Shown here: positions 27,907 through 37,623 of the stretch, piece by piece
Layout of the letters: the number at the start of each line of letters is the position of its first letter
Numbering within the stretch: position 1 is the stretch's first letter
Assembly: GCA_946624575.1 (NCBI GenBank)
Contig: CAMOSH010000002.1
Span: 1 to 61,048, forward strand
Direction: 5' to 3'
DNA: 61,048 bases
Origin: an uncultured Verrucomicrobiota bacterium
GTDB lineage: Bacteria > Verrucomicrobiota > Kiritimatiellia > RFP12 > UBA3636
Notes under the pieces: model-generated
Databases searched by the model: none
What the model was told of the DNA's origin: nothing
Seen by the model: the letters and a program-made list of their open reading frames with translations, nothing else
Translations under genes and position numbers: made by a program

Positions 27907-27980
27907 CTTTTTTTCCACGGGCGGCTCCCGAACGCCCGCGCCCTTGCTTTTTTTAACAACCGAGATTGCGATTTTCCGAA

Positions 27981-29459
27981 ATGAAAAAATCTGGAGGGAA
28001 GGCGCCCGCCGGGAAGCCTCGCGCGGCGGGCGGGAACTGCAACGTAGGACAAGGCGAAAAAATCGCGCTTGTTTCGCTGGGCTGTCCCAAGAACCTTGTC
28101 GATCTGCAAATAATTTCCGCCGCGTTGGCGCGTGCCGGGTTCGACGTCGGGGTGCAGCAGGACGAGGCGGACGCGATTCTCGTCAACACGTGCGCTTTCA
28201 TCGAGGACGCCCGCAGGGAGGCAATCGGCGCAATCGCGGAGGCGTGCGCAGCCAAGGCCGACCCGGCGCTGCCATGCCGCGCGGTGATCGTGTCCGGGTG
28301 CCTCCCTCAACGCTACCGTGACGCGGTGTTCCAGGCGTGCCCCGACGTCGACGCCACGCTTGGCGTGGACGACCTGGAGCGGGCTCCGGAAACGGTGCGC
28401 GTGGTGCTGGACCGCGCTGGCCGCGGCAATGACGCGGCAGAGGCGGACGGCACGCCTTCCGGCGCCCCGGTTCCCTGCGTGTCCCCCGGCCTCTCGAAGG
28501 CGCTTTTCGATCCGGTCGATCCGGCTTTCACGCTAACTCCGGGTCCGTTCGCCTACGTCAAAATCGCCGAGGGCTGCCGACACGCCTGCGCGTTCTGCGC
28601 CATTCCCGGCATTCGCGGGCGGCTGCGGTCGCGATCAGTCGAAAACATCGTCGCGGAGGTCCGCGCCCTGCTCAAGGCGGGCAAGCGCGAAATCGACCTG
28701 GTCGCACAGGACGTCACGAGCTACGGCGCCGACTTCGCCCGCGGCGGACGGCTCGTGGAACTTCTCGGGACGTTGGAGGCGCTGCCTGGCGAATTCCGCG
28801 TCCGGCTCCTCTACGGCCACCCCGCGCACTGCACCGACGAGCTTCTTGATTTCATCGCCGGAAGCGAAAAAATCCTCCCGTACTTCGACATCCCCGTGCA
28901 GCATGCGTCGGCCGCAGTGCTGCGCCGCATGGGGCGCGCCGACACGGTTTCGGCCGTGCCAGCCATGGCGGAAAGAATCCGTTCGCGAGTTCCCGGCGCG
29001 GTGCTGCGCACCACTTGCCTGGTAGGTTTTCCCGGCGAGACGGCCGCCGATTTCGCGGAATTGCTTTCGTTCGTGCGCGAAGCTCATTTCGACCACCTCG
29101 GCGCGTTCGTCTTTTCCCCGGAAGAGGGCACGCGCGCGTTCTCGATGGACGCCCAAGTCCCGGGGCGGACCGCGCGCGACCGCCGCCGCAGGCTCATGCG
29201 CGCCCAGGCGGAAATCGTGCGCGAGAAACTCGACTCGCTGAAGGGTTCCGAGGTGGAGGTTCTGATGGAAACTCCGCCGTCCCGCCGCTCAGGCCCCTGG
29301 ATCGGAAGGGCGGAACGTCAGGCGCCGGACGGAATCGACGGCGTGACATACGTCGAAAAAGCGCCCGCGAAAACAGCCGTCGGCTCGTTCGTCCGCTGCC
29401 GCGTCACGGGCCACACCGACTACGACCTGGTCGCGGAGGCGATCGCACCCTCTACTTGA
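27981..29459 (+). CDS. rimO: Ribosomal protein S12 methylthiotransferase (MiaB-family radical SAM with TRAM domain)
   Basis: Contains ALVSLGCPKNLVDLQ (RimO-type N-terminus), AEGCRHACAFCAIP (the CxxxCxxC cluster) and a C-terminal TRAM-like region (GSFVRCRVTGHTDYDLVAE). Confidence 0.85.
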   Translation: MKKSGGKAPAGKPRAAGGNCNVGQGEKIALVSLGCPKNLVDLQIISAALARAGFDVGVQQDEADAILVNTCAFIEDARREAIGAIAEACAAKADPALPCRAVIVSGCLPQRYRDAVFQACPDVDATLGVDDLERAPETVRVVLDRAGRGNDAAEADGTPSGAPVPCVSPGLSKALFDPVDPAFTLTPGPFAYVKIAEGCRHACAFCAIPGIRGRLRSRSVENIVAEVRALLKAGKREIDLVAQDVTSYGADFARGGRLVELLGTLEALPGEFRVRLLYGHPAHCTDELLDFIAGSEKILPYFDIPVQHASAAVLRRMGRADTVSAVPAMAERIRSRVPGAVLRTTCLVGFPGETAADFAELLSFVREAHFDHLGAFVFSPEEGTRAFSMDAQVPGRTARDRRRRLMRAQAEIVREKLDSLKGSEVEVLMETPPSRRSGPWIGRAERQAPDGIDGVTYVEKAPAKTAVGSFVRCRVTGHTDYDLVAEAIAPST

Positions 29460-30291
29460 TCGAGTAGCGCGTCGCCTTCGTGAGCGCCTTCCAGAGGGCG
29501 TCAGGTGTTTCGGCGGCAAGCGCGGCCTTGCGGTTGACGTCCTTGGAGAACGGGTCCACGAGCCCGGCCAGGATTTTCAGGTAGAACGAACTGGCCGCGG
29601 TGGGAATCGTGGAAAAGAACACGAAATTGACGGGGTCCTCGTCCCCATCCCCCCACTTGATTCCGGCTTCGCTGGTGCCGAAAACCAGAGTGAGGGCGCC
29701 GCCCTCGATCCCGCGCACATGCGGAAACGCCAGGCCGCGCCCCACGTTCGTGGAAACCGGGGCTTCGCGGTCCATCGCCAGCTTGGCGAGGGTCGCCGCG
29801 TCATCCACCAGTTTTTCTCGCTCAAGGGCATTGGCCAGCTCCGCCACGGCTTCCGCCGCGCTCTTCGCCTTCAGGTGCGGCAGCATGAGCGCCGGGGACG
29901 AAAAACGCGCCAGCCCAGTCTTGCGCTCGCCAGAGGAGCGCTTCGGCCGCTCTGCCAGCCACTTGACGCCGTTTGGATCGTAGAGAATGCGGGCGCAGCT
30001 GGGGCACGCGACGAGCGTACGGCACTGCTTGACGGACTGCACCTGCGAAATCGCTATGCTCATGCCGCACATCGAGCATTTGCCCTCGTGCAGAGGGGCG
30101 ATTATGACATGGTCCTTCTTCGACAGGCGCAGATAGATCGCCTTGACCGCGGGGTCAAGCTCCTGGATCATGCCGTCGATGCGCTCGTTTAGCGACGTCA
30201 AATCCGCGCCAGCCCCGTGCAGCGACCTTTGTTCGTCGCGAATGAGAGTGAGTTCCTGGAGTTGGACGAGACGGTCTATTGTCGAGCGCAT
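29452..30291 (-). CDS. Fusion protein: N-terminal coiled-coil/C4 zinc-ribbon module plus C-terminal PTS EIIA(Ntr)-type domain
   Basis: ATG 30291 gives MRSTIDRLVQLQEL. The zinc ribbon is CSMCGMSI...CPSCARILY. The EIIA_2 active-site context is GRGLAFPHVRG. It has an 8-nt convergent overlap with rimO. Confidence 0.7.
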   Translation of the reverse strand: MRSTIDRLVQLQELTLIRDEQRSLHGAGADLTSLNERIDGMIQELDPAVKAIYLRLSKKDHVIIAPLHEGKCSMCGMSIAISQVQSVKQCRTLVACPSCARILYDPNGVKWLAERPKRSSGERKTGLARFSSPALMLPHLKAKSAAEAVAELANALEREKLVDDAATLAKLAMDREAPVSTNVGRGLAFPHVRGIEGGALTLVFGTSEAGIKWGDGDEDPVNFVFFSTIPTAASSFYLKILAGLVDPFSKDVNRKAALAAETPDALWKALTKATRYSIK

Positions 30292-30403
30292 GGAGTTTTT
30301 CTTGGGGTTGTGGAGCTGAATTGTGTTTTGTGGCGAATCGCGCCACCGCTTCGTGGACTCCACTATGGACGAAGCGGCGGAAAATGTCAATGGGCGGCAA
30401 CCG

Positions 30404-32443
30404 TCAATTTTGCGCGGCTGGCGGCGTCAGCCCCTTGTCGACGAGAACTTTCATCCACAGCCCGCCCTGCACGGAACGCGCCTGGAACCCGACCTGGTGG
30501 GCCGTGTCCGCCCAGTACCAGTCTGTGAGTGGATTGCGGTCCGGCGTGGTGGTGTAGAAGCGCACGAGCCCGGAAACTAGCGACTTGAACGTCCGCAGAC
30601 GACTCTTTTCGAGGCAGCCGGCCCAGACCGTCCAGTCGCTCTTGGTGTACGACTTGCGGGAGTCGAGCGGCACCCCGTACGGAAGCGCTTCTGCCTCGTA
30701 GCGCCGGAGTTCGGCGTCGAACGCACCGTCGGGGAAGATCCCCAGACGGAACACCTTGTCCCAGACGGCATTGTACTTGAGGCTGAACGAGCCGGGGCGG
30801 TCGAACGCCAGCCGGAACGAGCCGTCGGCGTTTTTCGCGCGCCGAAGCCAGCTCTTCGCCATGGCCCTTGCCTGGCGCAGCCTGCTCGCCGCCTCCCGTT
30901 TTTTCCCGAGCATCCCCATCAGGATTCCAAACGAGGCAACGCCAAGTATGGCCTTGAGGGCGAGATTGCAGTTGTGCGCCAGATGCCCGGCGAAGTCGTC
31001 CGTGCAAAGCTGTTCGCCCGGATCTTCGCCGTTGTCTTCAAGGTACTTCACCCAGCCGCGAAGCGTGTCTATGTGGGACGCGGCGAAGCTCGCGTCGCCC
31101 GACGCCAGCGCGGCGGCGGCCTCCATGACGAGCATGTTGCCGCATTCCTCCACGGGCATCTGCTTGTCGAGCCGCAGTTCGCCGGTTTCGCGGACGAGAC
31201 CGTACGTCTGCCCGTTAAGAAGCGGGTACGTGCCGCAGTCGTGCGGGGCGAAGTCGTACGGCCACTTCTCCGAGGCCGCGAATCGGTAGATCGGCCGCAT
31301 CATGGCCTTCACGAGCTCTGGCGCGTACAGCAGAAAAAGCGGAATGGACGGATAGGATACGTCCACGGTCGCCGCGGAGCCGTTCGAGAAGTTCTCCTTG
31401 CTTATCCAGAGCAACTCGCCGTCTTCGTCGACGGCCAGCTTGTGCGCCGCGACCGTCTGGCGGTACGCGGCGGAAAGCAGCGCCGCGTATTCCTCGCCTC
31501 CCGCCTTGGCCGCGTCGGCCGCGATGCGCCCGTCGAAGGCGTCGCACGCGGCGCGTTCGGCGGCATATCCCGCGGCGGCCTCGGCGATCGCAGTTTCGGC
31601 GGTCTTGCCGTCCTTGTTCCAAAAAGAGGACAAATGCCTTCCAAAGTACTCGACCGAGGCGCCGGCGTCGTCCTGGCACAGCAGGAACAGCGTCCCCTCG
31701 CCGCCAAGCGCGACGGGAGCCTCAACGGAAATGAACGACATCTTCTCAGCCAGCGCGTCGAACTGGGTGCGCTGAACGCCGGGGCGGTAGTTGGAACGCT
31801 CATGCTCCTCCAGGGCGCGCTGCTGGAAGCACACGTCCTTTTCCTCAAAGGAGCGCGCTTTCGCGCCGGTTGCGGCGACGGCCAGGATGAAGCGCCCCCA
31901 TTCGATGCGGAGATTGTCCCCGGCACGCTCGAGCACCCGCGGCCGGGCGCTGGCGATCGAAATCCCGGAAATCCCGCGCGGCAGCTTCGGCCGCCCGATT
32001 TCGACGGGCGCGTCGCCCTCCTTGTCGAGGCAGAGCTGCTCGGACGCGGCCAATTTCACGGTGACGCGGCGCGGAGCGGCGCCGCGCTTCCCCGGCAGGG
32101 CTTCTGCCGTCACGCGCACAAACGAAACCGGACGCGACAGCAACGCCGGATCGTCGGGCAGAAGCGGCGTGGTGAACGCGACGCGCAGCCTGATTCCGGC
32201 ACCCTCGAAAACCGCTTCCGTGGTAAGCGCCCGGACTTCAAGCGAAACCTGTTCGAGCGCTGGTTCGTTGCCGCGCCCGAGAAAACGCCACGCCTTGCCG
32301 TCGACAATCGCTGTCCCCCGCAGCAGATTGGCGCGCCCGGTCCAGTGCGTCACGTCTGCATCGGTCAACCTGTCGCCTGGCAGCCACAGCGAAAAATACG
32401 GATCGACGGTGGCAAACGGCACCGAAGGAAGTCGGAAGTTCAT
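30404..32443 (-). CDS. Glutaminase-A-like glycoside-hydrolase-family protein (DUF4965/DUF5127/DUF1793 architecture)
   Basis: ATG 32443 gives MNFRLPSVPFATVDPYFSLWLPGDRL, an N-terminus typical of this family. The product is 679 aa. The call is from remembered family hallmarks and was not searched. Confidence 0.65.
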   Translation of the reverse strand: MNFRLPSVPFATVDPYFSLWLPGDRLTDADVTHWTGRANLLRGTAIVDGKAWRFLGRGNEPALEQVSLEVRALTTEAVFEGAGIRLRVAFTTPLLPDDPALLSRPVSFVRVTAEALPGKRGAAPRRVTVKLAASEQLCLDKEGDAPVEIGRPKLPRGISGISIASARPRVLERAGDNLRIEWGRFILAVAATGAKARSFEEKDVCFQQRALEEHERSNYRPGVQRTQFDALAEKMSFISVEAPVALGGEGTLFLLCQDDAGASVEYFGRHLSSFWNKDGKTAETAIAEAAAGYAAERAACDAFDGRIAADAAKAGGEEYAALLSAAYRQTVAAHKLAVDEDGELLWISKENFSNGSAATVDVSYPSIPLFLLYAPELVKAMMRPIYRFAASEKWPYDFAPHDCGTYPLLNGQTYGLVRETGELRLDKQMPVEECGNMLVMEAAAALASGDASFAASHIDTLRGWVKYLEDNGEDPGEQLCTDDFAGHLAHNCNLALKAILGVASFGILMGMLGKKREAASRLRQARAMAKSWLRRAKNADGSFRLAFDRPGSFSLKYNAVWDKVFRLGIFPDGAFDAELRRYEAEALPYGVPLDSRKSYTKSDWTVWAGCLEKSRLRTFKSLVSGLVRFYTTTPDRNPLTDWYWADTAHQVGFQARSVQGGLWMKVLVDKGLTPPAAQN

Positions 32444-32658
32444 TTTTTTGCGTTGTTGAGGATTCTGGTTAGCGGAAACGCGCGCCAATGCGGGCTTGAG
32501 GGCAATACTACCCCAAATGGCAACGGATTGCACGAAAAATCTTGAATTCGCGGACGTTCCCCCCGCGAATTCCGATTCTTGACCTTGGAGGGGGCTTGCG
32601 GCATACTCCGCCGCCGTTTTCGACTGATGTCCAGCACCTAAAAAAACTTCCCAGAAAG

Positions 32659-34344
32659 ATGAAAATCGCCGTCGGTTCGGATCATGCCGGTTTTGCCGCA
32701 AAAAAAACCATTCTCGAACATCTGGCCGCGCGCGGCTTCGCAGACGCGATTGATTTCGGCACGAAGTCGCCCGAATCGTGCGACTACCCGGATTTCGGAG
32801 AGGCGGTGGCCGTCGCGCTGGAGACGGGTGCGGCCGACAAGGGGATTCTGGTTTGCACCACGGGGGCCGGCATGACCATCGCCGCGAACCGCTTCCCTCA
32901 CGTCCGCGCCGCTCTCGCCATCACGGCGCTGGACGCCCGCACGATTCGCGACCACAACGACGCCAACGTGCTCGTGATCGCGGCCGAAAAAACGCCAGCC
33001 GAGGAAATCTGCGGCGTCGTCGACGCATTTCTCGACTCCGCCGGCCCCACCGTCGAGCGGCACTGCCGCCGCGTGGCGAAGCTCTCCGTGGAGGGCAACC
33101 GCCTGCTTGAGGTGGCCCATCTCAAGGATGCCGACCCCGCAGTCTACGGCGCCATCCTCAAGCACGCCGAGCAGGAGCGCACCTGCATCAACCTGATCGC
33201 CTCGGAAAACCTTACTTCGCGCGCCGTGCGCGAGGCCCAGGGTTCGGTTCTCACCAACAAGTACGCCGAGGGCTACCCGGGGAAGCGCTGGTATTCAGGA
33301 TGCCACTTCGTCGACGAAATCGAGCAGCTCGCGATCGACCGCGCGAAGGAGCTCTTCGGCGCGGAGGCCGCCAATGTCCAGCCGCACTGCGGGGCAAGCG
33401 CCAATCTCGCCGTCTACCTGGCCGTGCTTAACCCGGGCGACACGATTCTGTCGATGGCCCTCGACCAGGGAGGCCACCTCTCCCACGGGTCCCCCGCGAA
33501 TATTTCAGGGAAAATCTACAACATCGTCCCGTATGGCGTGGATCCGAAAACGGAACGCATCGACTACGACGCCCTGGAGGCCCTCGCCGTCGAGAAGAAG
33601 CCGCGCCTCATTCTCGCCGGCGCCAGCGCATATCCGCGCGTGCTCGACTTCGCCCGCTTCCGCGCCATAGCCGACAAGGTCGGAGCGTATCTGCTCGTGG
33701 ACATGGCGCACATAGCAGGTCTTGTCGCCGGCGGAGCCCATCCGTCGCCCGTGCCATACGCCGATTTCGTCACCACGACGACTCACAAGACTCTGCGCGG
33801 CCCGCGCGGCGGGCTCATCCTCTGCCGCGAAAAGTACATAAAGGACGTGAACCGCGCCGTCTTCCCCGGCCTGCAGGGCGGCCCGCTGGAGCAGGTGATC
33901 GCCGCGAAGGCCGTCTGCTTCAGGGAGGCGATGACCCAGGAATACAGGGACTGGGCGCATCAGGTAGTGCGCAACTGCGCCGCCATCGCCAGGGACTTGG
34001 TAGAGGACGGATTCAGGCTCGTCTCGGGCGGCACCGAAAACCACCTCTGCCTCGTCGACGTCACCACCAAGGGACTCACCGGCAAGGTCGCCGCCGCCGC
34101 GCTTGACGAAACCGGCATCATAGTGAACAAGAACACGATCCCGTTCGACAAAAACAGCCCGTTCGTGACATCCGGCATCCGCATTGGCACGGCCACCGTC
34201 ACGACGCGCGGCATGAAGGAACCGGAGATGAAATTCATCGCCGACCGCATCAAGCGGGTTCTCGCCGCTCCGGACGACGCCGCCGAAAAGGCTCGCGTCC
34301 GCGCCGAAGTCGCCGAATTCGTCACCCGCTTCCCCGTCCCCTAG
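32659..34344 (+). CDS. glyA: Bifunctional fusion: ribose-5-phosphate isomerase B (RpiB/LacAB) N-terminal domain plus serine hydroxymethyltransferase
   Basis: A single uninterrupted frame. The RpiB part is [12 protein letters not shown]...[15 protein letters not shown]...RDHNDANVL. The SHMT part is [34 protein letters not shown]...[14 protein letters not shown]. Confidence 0.85.
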   Translation: MKIAVGSDHAGFAAKKTILEHLAARGFADAIDFGTKSPESCDYPDFGEAVAVALETGAADKGILVCTTGAGMTIAANRFPHVRAALAITALDARTIRDHNDANVLVIAAEKTPAEEICGVVDAFLDSAGPTVERHCRRVAKLSVEGNRLLEVAHLKDADPAVYGAILKHAEQERTCINLIASENLTSRAVREAQGSVLTNKYAEGYPGKRWYSGCHFVDEIEQLAIDRAKELFGAEAANVQPHCGASANLAVYLAVLNPGDTILSMALDQGGHLSHGSPANISGKIYNIVPYGVDPKTERIDYDALEALAVEKKPRLILAGASAYPRVLDFARFRAIADKVGAYLLVDMAHIAGLVAGGAHPSPVPYADFVTTTTHKTLRGPRGGLILCREKYIKDVNRAVFPGLQGGPLEQVIAAKAVCFREAMTQEYRDWAHQVVRNCAAIARDLVEDGFRLVSGGTENHLCLVDVTTKGLTGKVAAAALDETGIIVNKNTIPFDKNSPFVTSGIRIGTATVTTRGMKEPEMKFIADRIKRVLAAPDDAAEKARVRAEVAEFVTRFPVP

Positions 34345-34353
34345 GGATTCCCC

Positions 34354-34547
34354 CCCTCCCCGCGAAATTTCCAATTTGCATTTGCAAATTGCGAACGATT
34401 ATGATTTGTGAACAATGACGATTTGTTGCAATGATGATTTGCGAACAATTGACATTTGCGAACAATTGACATTTGTGAACAATGGGCATGGTGAAATCCG
34501 AAATGTCAGTGTGCCAAACCACTAGTTGCGACACCAACACTCCCGCC
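34354..34547. repeat. Direct repeat copy A (about 190 bp) of an AT-rich word-stutter element
   Basis: Matches 35118-35277 almost base for base, from ccctccccgcg...atttgcatttgcaaattgcgaacgatt... to ...ggcatggtgaaatccgaaatgtca.tgtgccaaaccactagttgcgacacc. Copy A carries an extra internal 34-bp duplication (tttgcgaacaattgaca x2). Confidence 0.9.
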
Positions 34548-34594
34548 ATCGCGCGGGGATATGCGCCACGGACGCGAGGGGCAGGCCGCCGCGA

Positions 34595-35045
34595 TCAACA
34601 CCGCCCGCCATCGCGGAAGTTCGTGGCGATGTCCTCGGACAGCATCTCGGAGTTGGATCCGGTAACATAGACATCCACGCCTTCCTTCTTCATCAGCGAA
34701 TTCAGGACGTCATAGAACGTCACGGGATTCTCCTCCCCTTTCGGGGGCCTGCACTCCTGGATTTCATCAATCAGCACGTAGGCACGGCGACCGTCATCCG
34801 GAAGCCGCTCCTTGATGTAGCTCGACAGGGCCTGCGGCGTCCGCAGGGTGGCGAAGTCATCGTTGTCGAGCTGGACGGCGACAACCTGCGAATCATCCAC
34901 GCCCGATTCGCGAAGCCAGTCCCGGAAGATGTGGAACAGGAAATAGCTTTTTCCGCACCGCCGGACACCAGTGACGACCTTGACGAGCCCGTTGTGCATA
35001 ACGGGGTTTGATTGCTTCCAGATAGTCGCCTCGTTCAATTCTCAT
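34595..35045 (-). pseudogene. Decayed AAA_14/DUF4143-type ATPase gene (frameshifted and 3'-truncated)
   Basis: ATG 35045 opens MRIERGDYLEAIKP in one frame. The P-loop part (GLVKVVTGVRRCGKSYFLF...YVLIDEIQ...VYVTGSNSEMLS) continues in another frame (ORF 34595..35038). It stops after about 147 aa, whereas this family is about 400 aa. Confidence 0.7.
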
Positions 35046-35117
35046 TGCCGTTCCTCGCGATGCAGGATATTGTAGAATTCTACAAATTTCCGCATTGGTC
35101 GAGACTCTACCAGATTG

Positions 35118-35277
35118 CCCTCCCCGCGCAACAGGAAATTTGCATTTGCAAATTGCGAACGATTGTGATTTGTGAACAATGACGATTTGTTGCAATGATG
35201 ATTTGTGAACAATGGGCATGGTGAAATCCGAAATGTCAATGTGCCAAACCACTAGTTGCGACACCGACACCGCCCAC
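35118..35277. repeat. Direct repeat copy B (about 160 bp) of the element at 34354-34547
   Basis: See copy A. It has the same orientation, and the two copies flank the ATPase pseudogene. Confidence 0.9.
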
Positions 35278-35416
35278 GCGCCGCGCGAGCCGCATCGAAG
35301 CGGCGGACTCCAGTCCGCCGTTGACTCCATGACAATATCCGCTGGACAGGTCTTGCCAGGCTAGACGTTGCCTAAAGCCGACGAGTACCCGGTGAATTCA
35401 AATTTGTCGGCGAATT

Positions 35417-36103
35417 TTAGGAAAATACCAATGATATGGTGGGCTTCACCGACATCACCCCAGGTCTCAATTGGACGAAAACCAAATCGTATTCACAACC
35501 ATCCAGCGGAAACGACTTGTCGAAAATCGGGCCTTTCGACATTTGTTTGTCTTCGAAACCGTACAGACGAATGCGCATCGACCACTGTCTAGCCGCAAAA
35601 GGAACGGCATGAATCTCGTGTTTGTTTTTGAATTCCACGTATGCGTCGACTTTCGTTCCGAACGCGATTTTGACGCCAGACGGAATCGACAGTGGATTCC
35701 AGGAAGAAAACGTTTCGACAATCACGGGAACGCAAAGCCACGTCGGATGCCGTGAATGGAATTCCCCCGCGACTCTTTTCAAGACGGCCTTGCGATCCAC
35801 CTCGTTCAAGGAAATAAACGGCCCTTGTGTTATTTCAGCGCAGTCCGCGACTACGGCTAACTTTTCACGCATTGCCTGTAGTCTCACTTCGGACAGGCCG
35901 ACCCTTGGCTTGTCAATATTAACAGTCGATGCGCCTCCACGACTGCATTGGGAACAAAGAAACGTCTTTTCGTCTTGATGTCGAATGCACAGGTCGTCCT
36001 TTCCACATTTCTTGCATCGAAACGTGTCTTCCGGGCGATTCTTCCTGCCGCAAATCGGGCAGATCAGCAAATCATTCTTCGTAGCAATCATGTGAATTGT
36101 CAT
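35417..36103 (-). CDS. Zinc-ribbon protein with unknown C-terminal domain (last gene of the Cys-peptide operon)
   Basis: The N-terminus has ICPICGRKNRPEDTFRCKKCGKDDLC...FLCSQCS (CxxC x3). The remaining 170 aa or so are unrecognised. It is on the same strand, 70 nt after precursor B, and is low in GC like its neighbours. Confidence 0.6.
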   Translation of the reverse strand: MTIHMIATKNDLLICPICGRKNRPEDTFRCKKCGKDDLCIRHQDEKTFLCSQCSRGGASTVNIDKPRVGLSEVRLQAMREKLAVVADCAEITQGPFISLNEVDRKAVLKRVAGEFHSRHPTWLCVPVIVETFSSWNPLSIPSGVKIAFGTKVDAYVEFKNKHEIHAVPFAARQWSMRIRLYGFEDKQMSKGPIFDKSFPLDGCEYDLVFVQLRPGVMSVKPTISLVFS

Positions 36104-36173
36104 CCATCAAAACACATTCGTTGTTCATCGCTCATTTTGGTCGGAAGAAAGGAAGTATGTCCCTTTTGAGAAA

Positions 36174-36440
36174 TCAACCGTATTGTCCGCCACAATTGTG
36201 TCCTGTCAATCCTTGGCATGTGTTTTTGCAAGAGCCAGCACACGAACCACCGCATCCATCCTCCGTGCAACTGCTTTCGCAGGTTCCGGCACAGTTGCCA
36301 CCACATGGAGAAGGACCGGAACAACCCCAACAAGCGAAGAAATCCGTGTCTGATTGAACTTCGTCTTTCATAAAATCATACGAAGCCGTCAATTCTGCAA
36401 CTCGTTCGAGATTGCTCAATTGAGATTTGGCTAACTTCAT
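36174..36440 (-). CDS. Cys-ladder precursor-like peptide B (88 aa, 11 Cys)
   Basis: The sequence is MKLAKSQLSNLERVAELTASYDFMKDEVQSDTDFFA-CWGCSGPSPCGGNCAGTCESSCTEDGCGGSCAGSCKNTCQGLTGHNCGGQYG. GAGG lies 8 nt upstream of ATG 36440 and overlaps the rSAM stop codon. The track's GTG at 36446 is an alternative start. Confidence 0.7.
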   Translation of the reverse strand: MKLAKSQLSNLERVAELTASYDFMKDEVQSDTDFFACWGCSGPSPCGGNCAGTCESSCTEDGCGGSCAGSCKNTCQGLTGHNCGGQYG

Positions 36441-36450
36441 TTCCACGACC

Positions 36451-37602
36451 TCAATAAGCCTCTACTTCATCCGCCAGCGTCTCTTGGATAAGCTTGACGC
36501 CCCTCGCCACAGCAAGTTTCTCAGATGGTTTCATCTTGGCAATTGTCGGATATTTCTCCGGGTCCTGAAGCATCATTCCATACAGCCAGGATGCGGCAAC
36601 GGCTTCCACTCTTCTGAACTTGCACAGAGACTTGTCTCTTGAAAAAAGCGTCCCGGTGCGCAGGTAGTTGTTTCCATAACAGGACGGACAGGCAGAATCG
36701 CAAATGCAATCAATGCAATGCGGATCCCGAAAATTTACATCATCTGCAAAATCAATTTTGCTGGCTATTCCACTCCCTCCCTCCATGCCGGAACTTGGCA
36801 TGAACGCCTGACATGGATATGTTTTCCCGTCAGGAGCAAGACACGACATAGCCGTCCCTGTTCCACACCATTTCCTCTTTTTTTGTTTGTCGGCACGTCT
36901 CGAATCCGCTCCAATTCTTGAGACAATATGTGCAAACAACGACGGCGGCTCCAAATCTGGGTTCTCAAGATAGAACTCGGCGACTTTTTGCAGTTCCTCG
37001 CGGTAAACGGGAAGCAAGTCCTCTGACCATTGCATCCCATATGCAAGATTGATGGAATATTTGAATCCAAGTTCCACGATGTGTTTAACTCCATCCGCAA
37101 AATCGTGAATCGACGCTGGAGAAACGGTTGCTTTCACTCCCTGAAAAGGCCATGTGTCACGGAAAAAGGCAAAATCAATCTTGTCGTACGAATCCGAACG
37201 ATTTGCATCATGCTGCGCCTTCGTCCCGTCAAGACTCAGTCCAAGAACAAATCGTTTTGAATTCTTTCGAAACCACTCCTTTATGTCGCCGTGAACGAGC
37301 GTTCCGTTAGTGGTCGCATAGCAGATGTAGGGCTTGGGCCAGGGCCGACTCCAAATCCATTCAGCGATTTCACGGATTGTGTCAAAGGCCAGCATCGGCT
37401 CCCCACCATGGAAATCAACCTCGAATTCGTCAAAGCCATCAAGACTTTTTGTTTCCTTCAGCAAATGTTCCTTGGCTACGGCAATTGGCAGTATTGCCAA
37501 GTCCTTGGCGCGCTCATAACAGTACACGCAATTTAAATTGCAACGTTCAGTGATTGCGATTTGAACGATTCGTCGTTTTTTGTCTATTGACGGAGTTCTC
37601 AT
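36451..37602 (-). CDS. Radical SAM enzyme with C-terminal SPASM domain (peptide-maturase type)
   Basis: Contains AITERCNLNCVYCYE (CxxxCxxC), FHGGEPML, and a C-terminal Cys set (WCGTGTAMSCLAPDGKTYPC...HCIDCICDSACPSCYG...C). Start 37602 is preferred because ATG 37635 lies inside a strong hairpin. Confidence 0.85.
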   Translation of the reverse strand: MRTPSIDKKRRIVQIAITERCNLNCVYCYERAKDLAILPIAVAKEHLLKETKSLDGFDEFEVDFHGGEPMLAFDTIREIAEWIWSRPWPKPYICYATTNGTLVHGDIKEWFRKNSKRFVLGLSLDGTKAQHDANRSDSYDKIDFAFFRDTWPFQGVKATVSPASIHDFADGVKHIVELGFKYSINLAYGMQWSEDLLPVYREELQKVAEFYLENPDLEPPSLFAHIVSRIGADSRRADKQKKRKWCGTGTAMSCLAPDGKTYPCQAFMPSSGMEGGSGIASKIDFADDVNFRDPHCIDCICDSACPSCYGNNYLRTGTLFSRDKSLCKFRRVEAVAASWLYGMMLQDPEKYPTIAKMKPSEKLAVARGVKLIQETLADEVEAY

Positions 37603-37623
37603 TTCGACCTTGTTGTGAATACA

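Noticed and set aside
34354-35277. LexA-type or other operator reading of the GAACA/TGTTC-like words in the 160-190-bp repeats, and small ORFs 34322..34549, 34482..34670 and 35042..35239 within them.
   Set aside because: The words do not form a properly spaced palindrome matching any SOS box I know. The small ORFs are repeat-derived, appear in both copies in different frames, and have no RBS.
36097-36357. Plus-strand small ORFs antisense to the precursor genes (36097..36357 and 37554..37826), and the 113-aa extended ORF 37666..38007.
   Set aside because: The antisense frames are Pro/Gln-rich mirror images of the Cys/Gly codons and have no RBS. The 5' part of 37666..38007 overlaps the DnaJ-type zinc-finger gene, while the internal ATG at 37845 has a well-spaced AGGA.
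36451-37602. Anaerobic sulfatase-maturing enzyme (anSME) interpretation of the radical-SAM/SPASM gene.
   Set aside because: No sulfatase gene is adjacent. Neither flanking peptide has the C/S-x-P/A-x-R sulfatase motif. The enzyme is bracketed by translationally linked Cys-ladder peptides, which fits a peptide maturase better. This is not fully excluded without a phylogeny.
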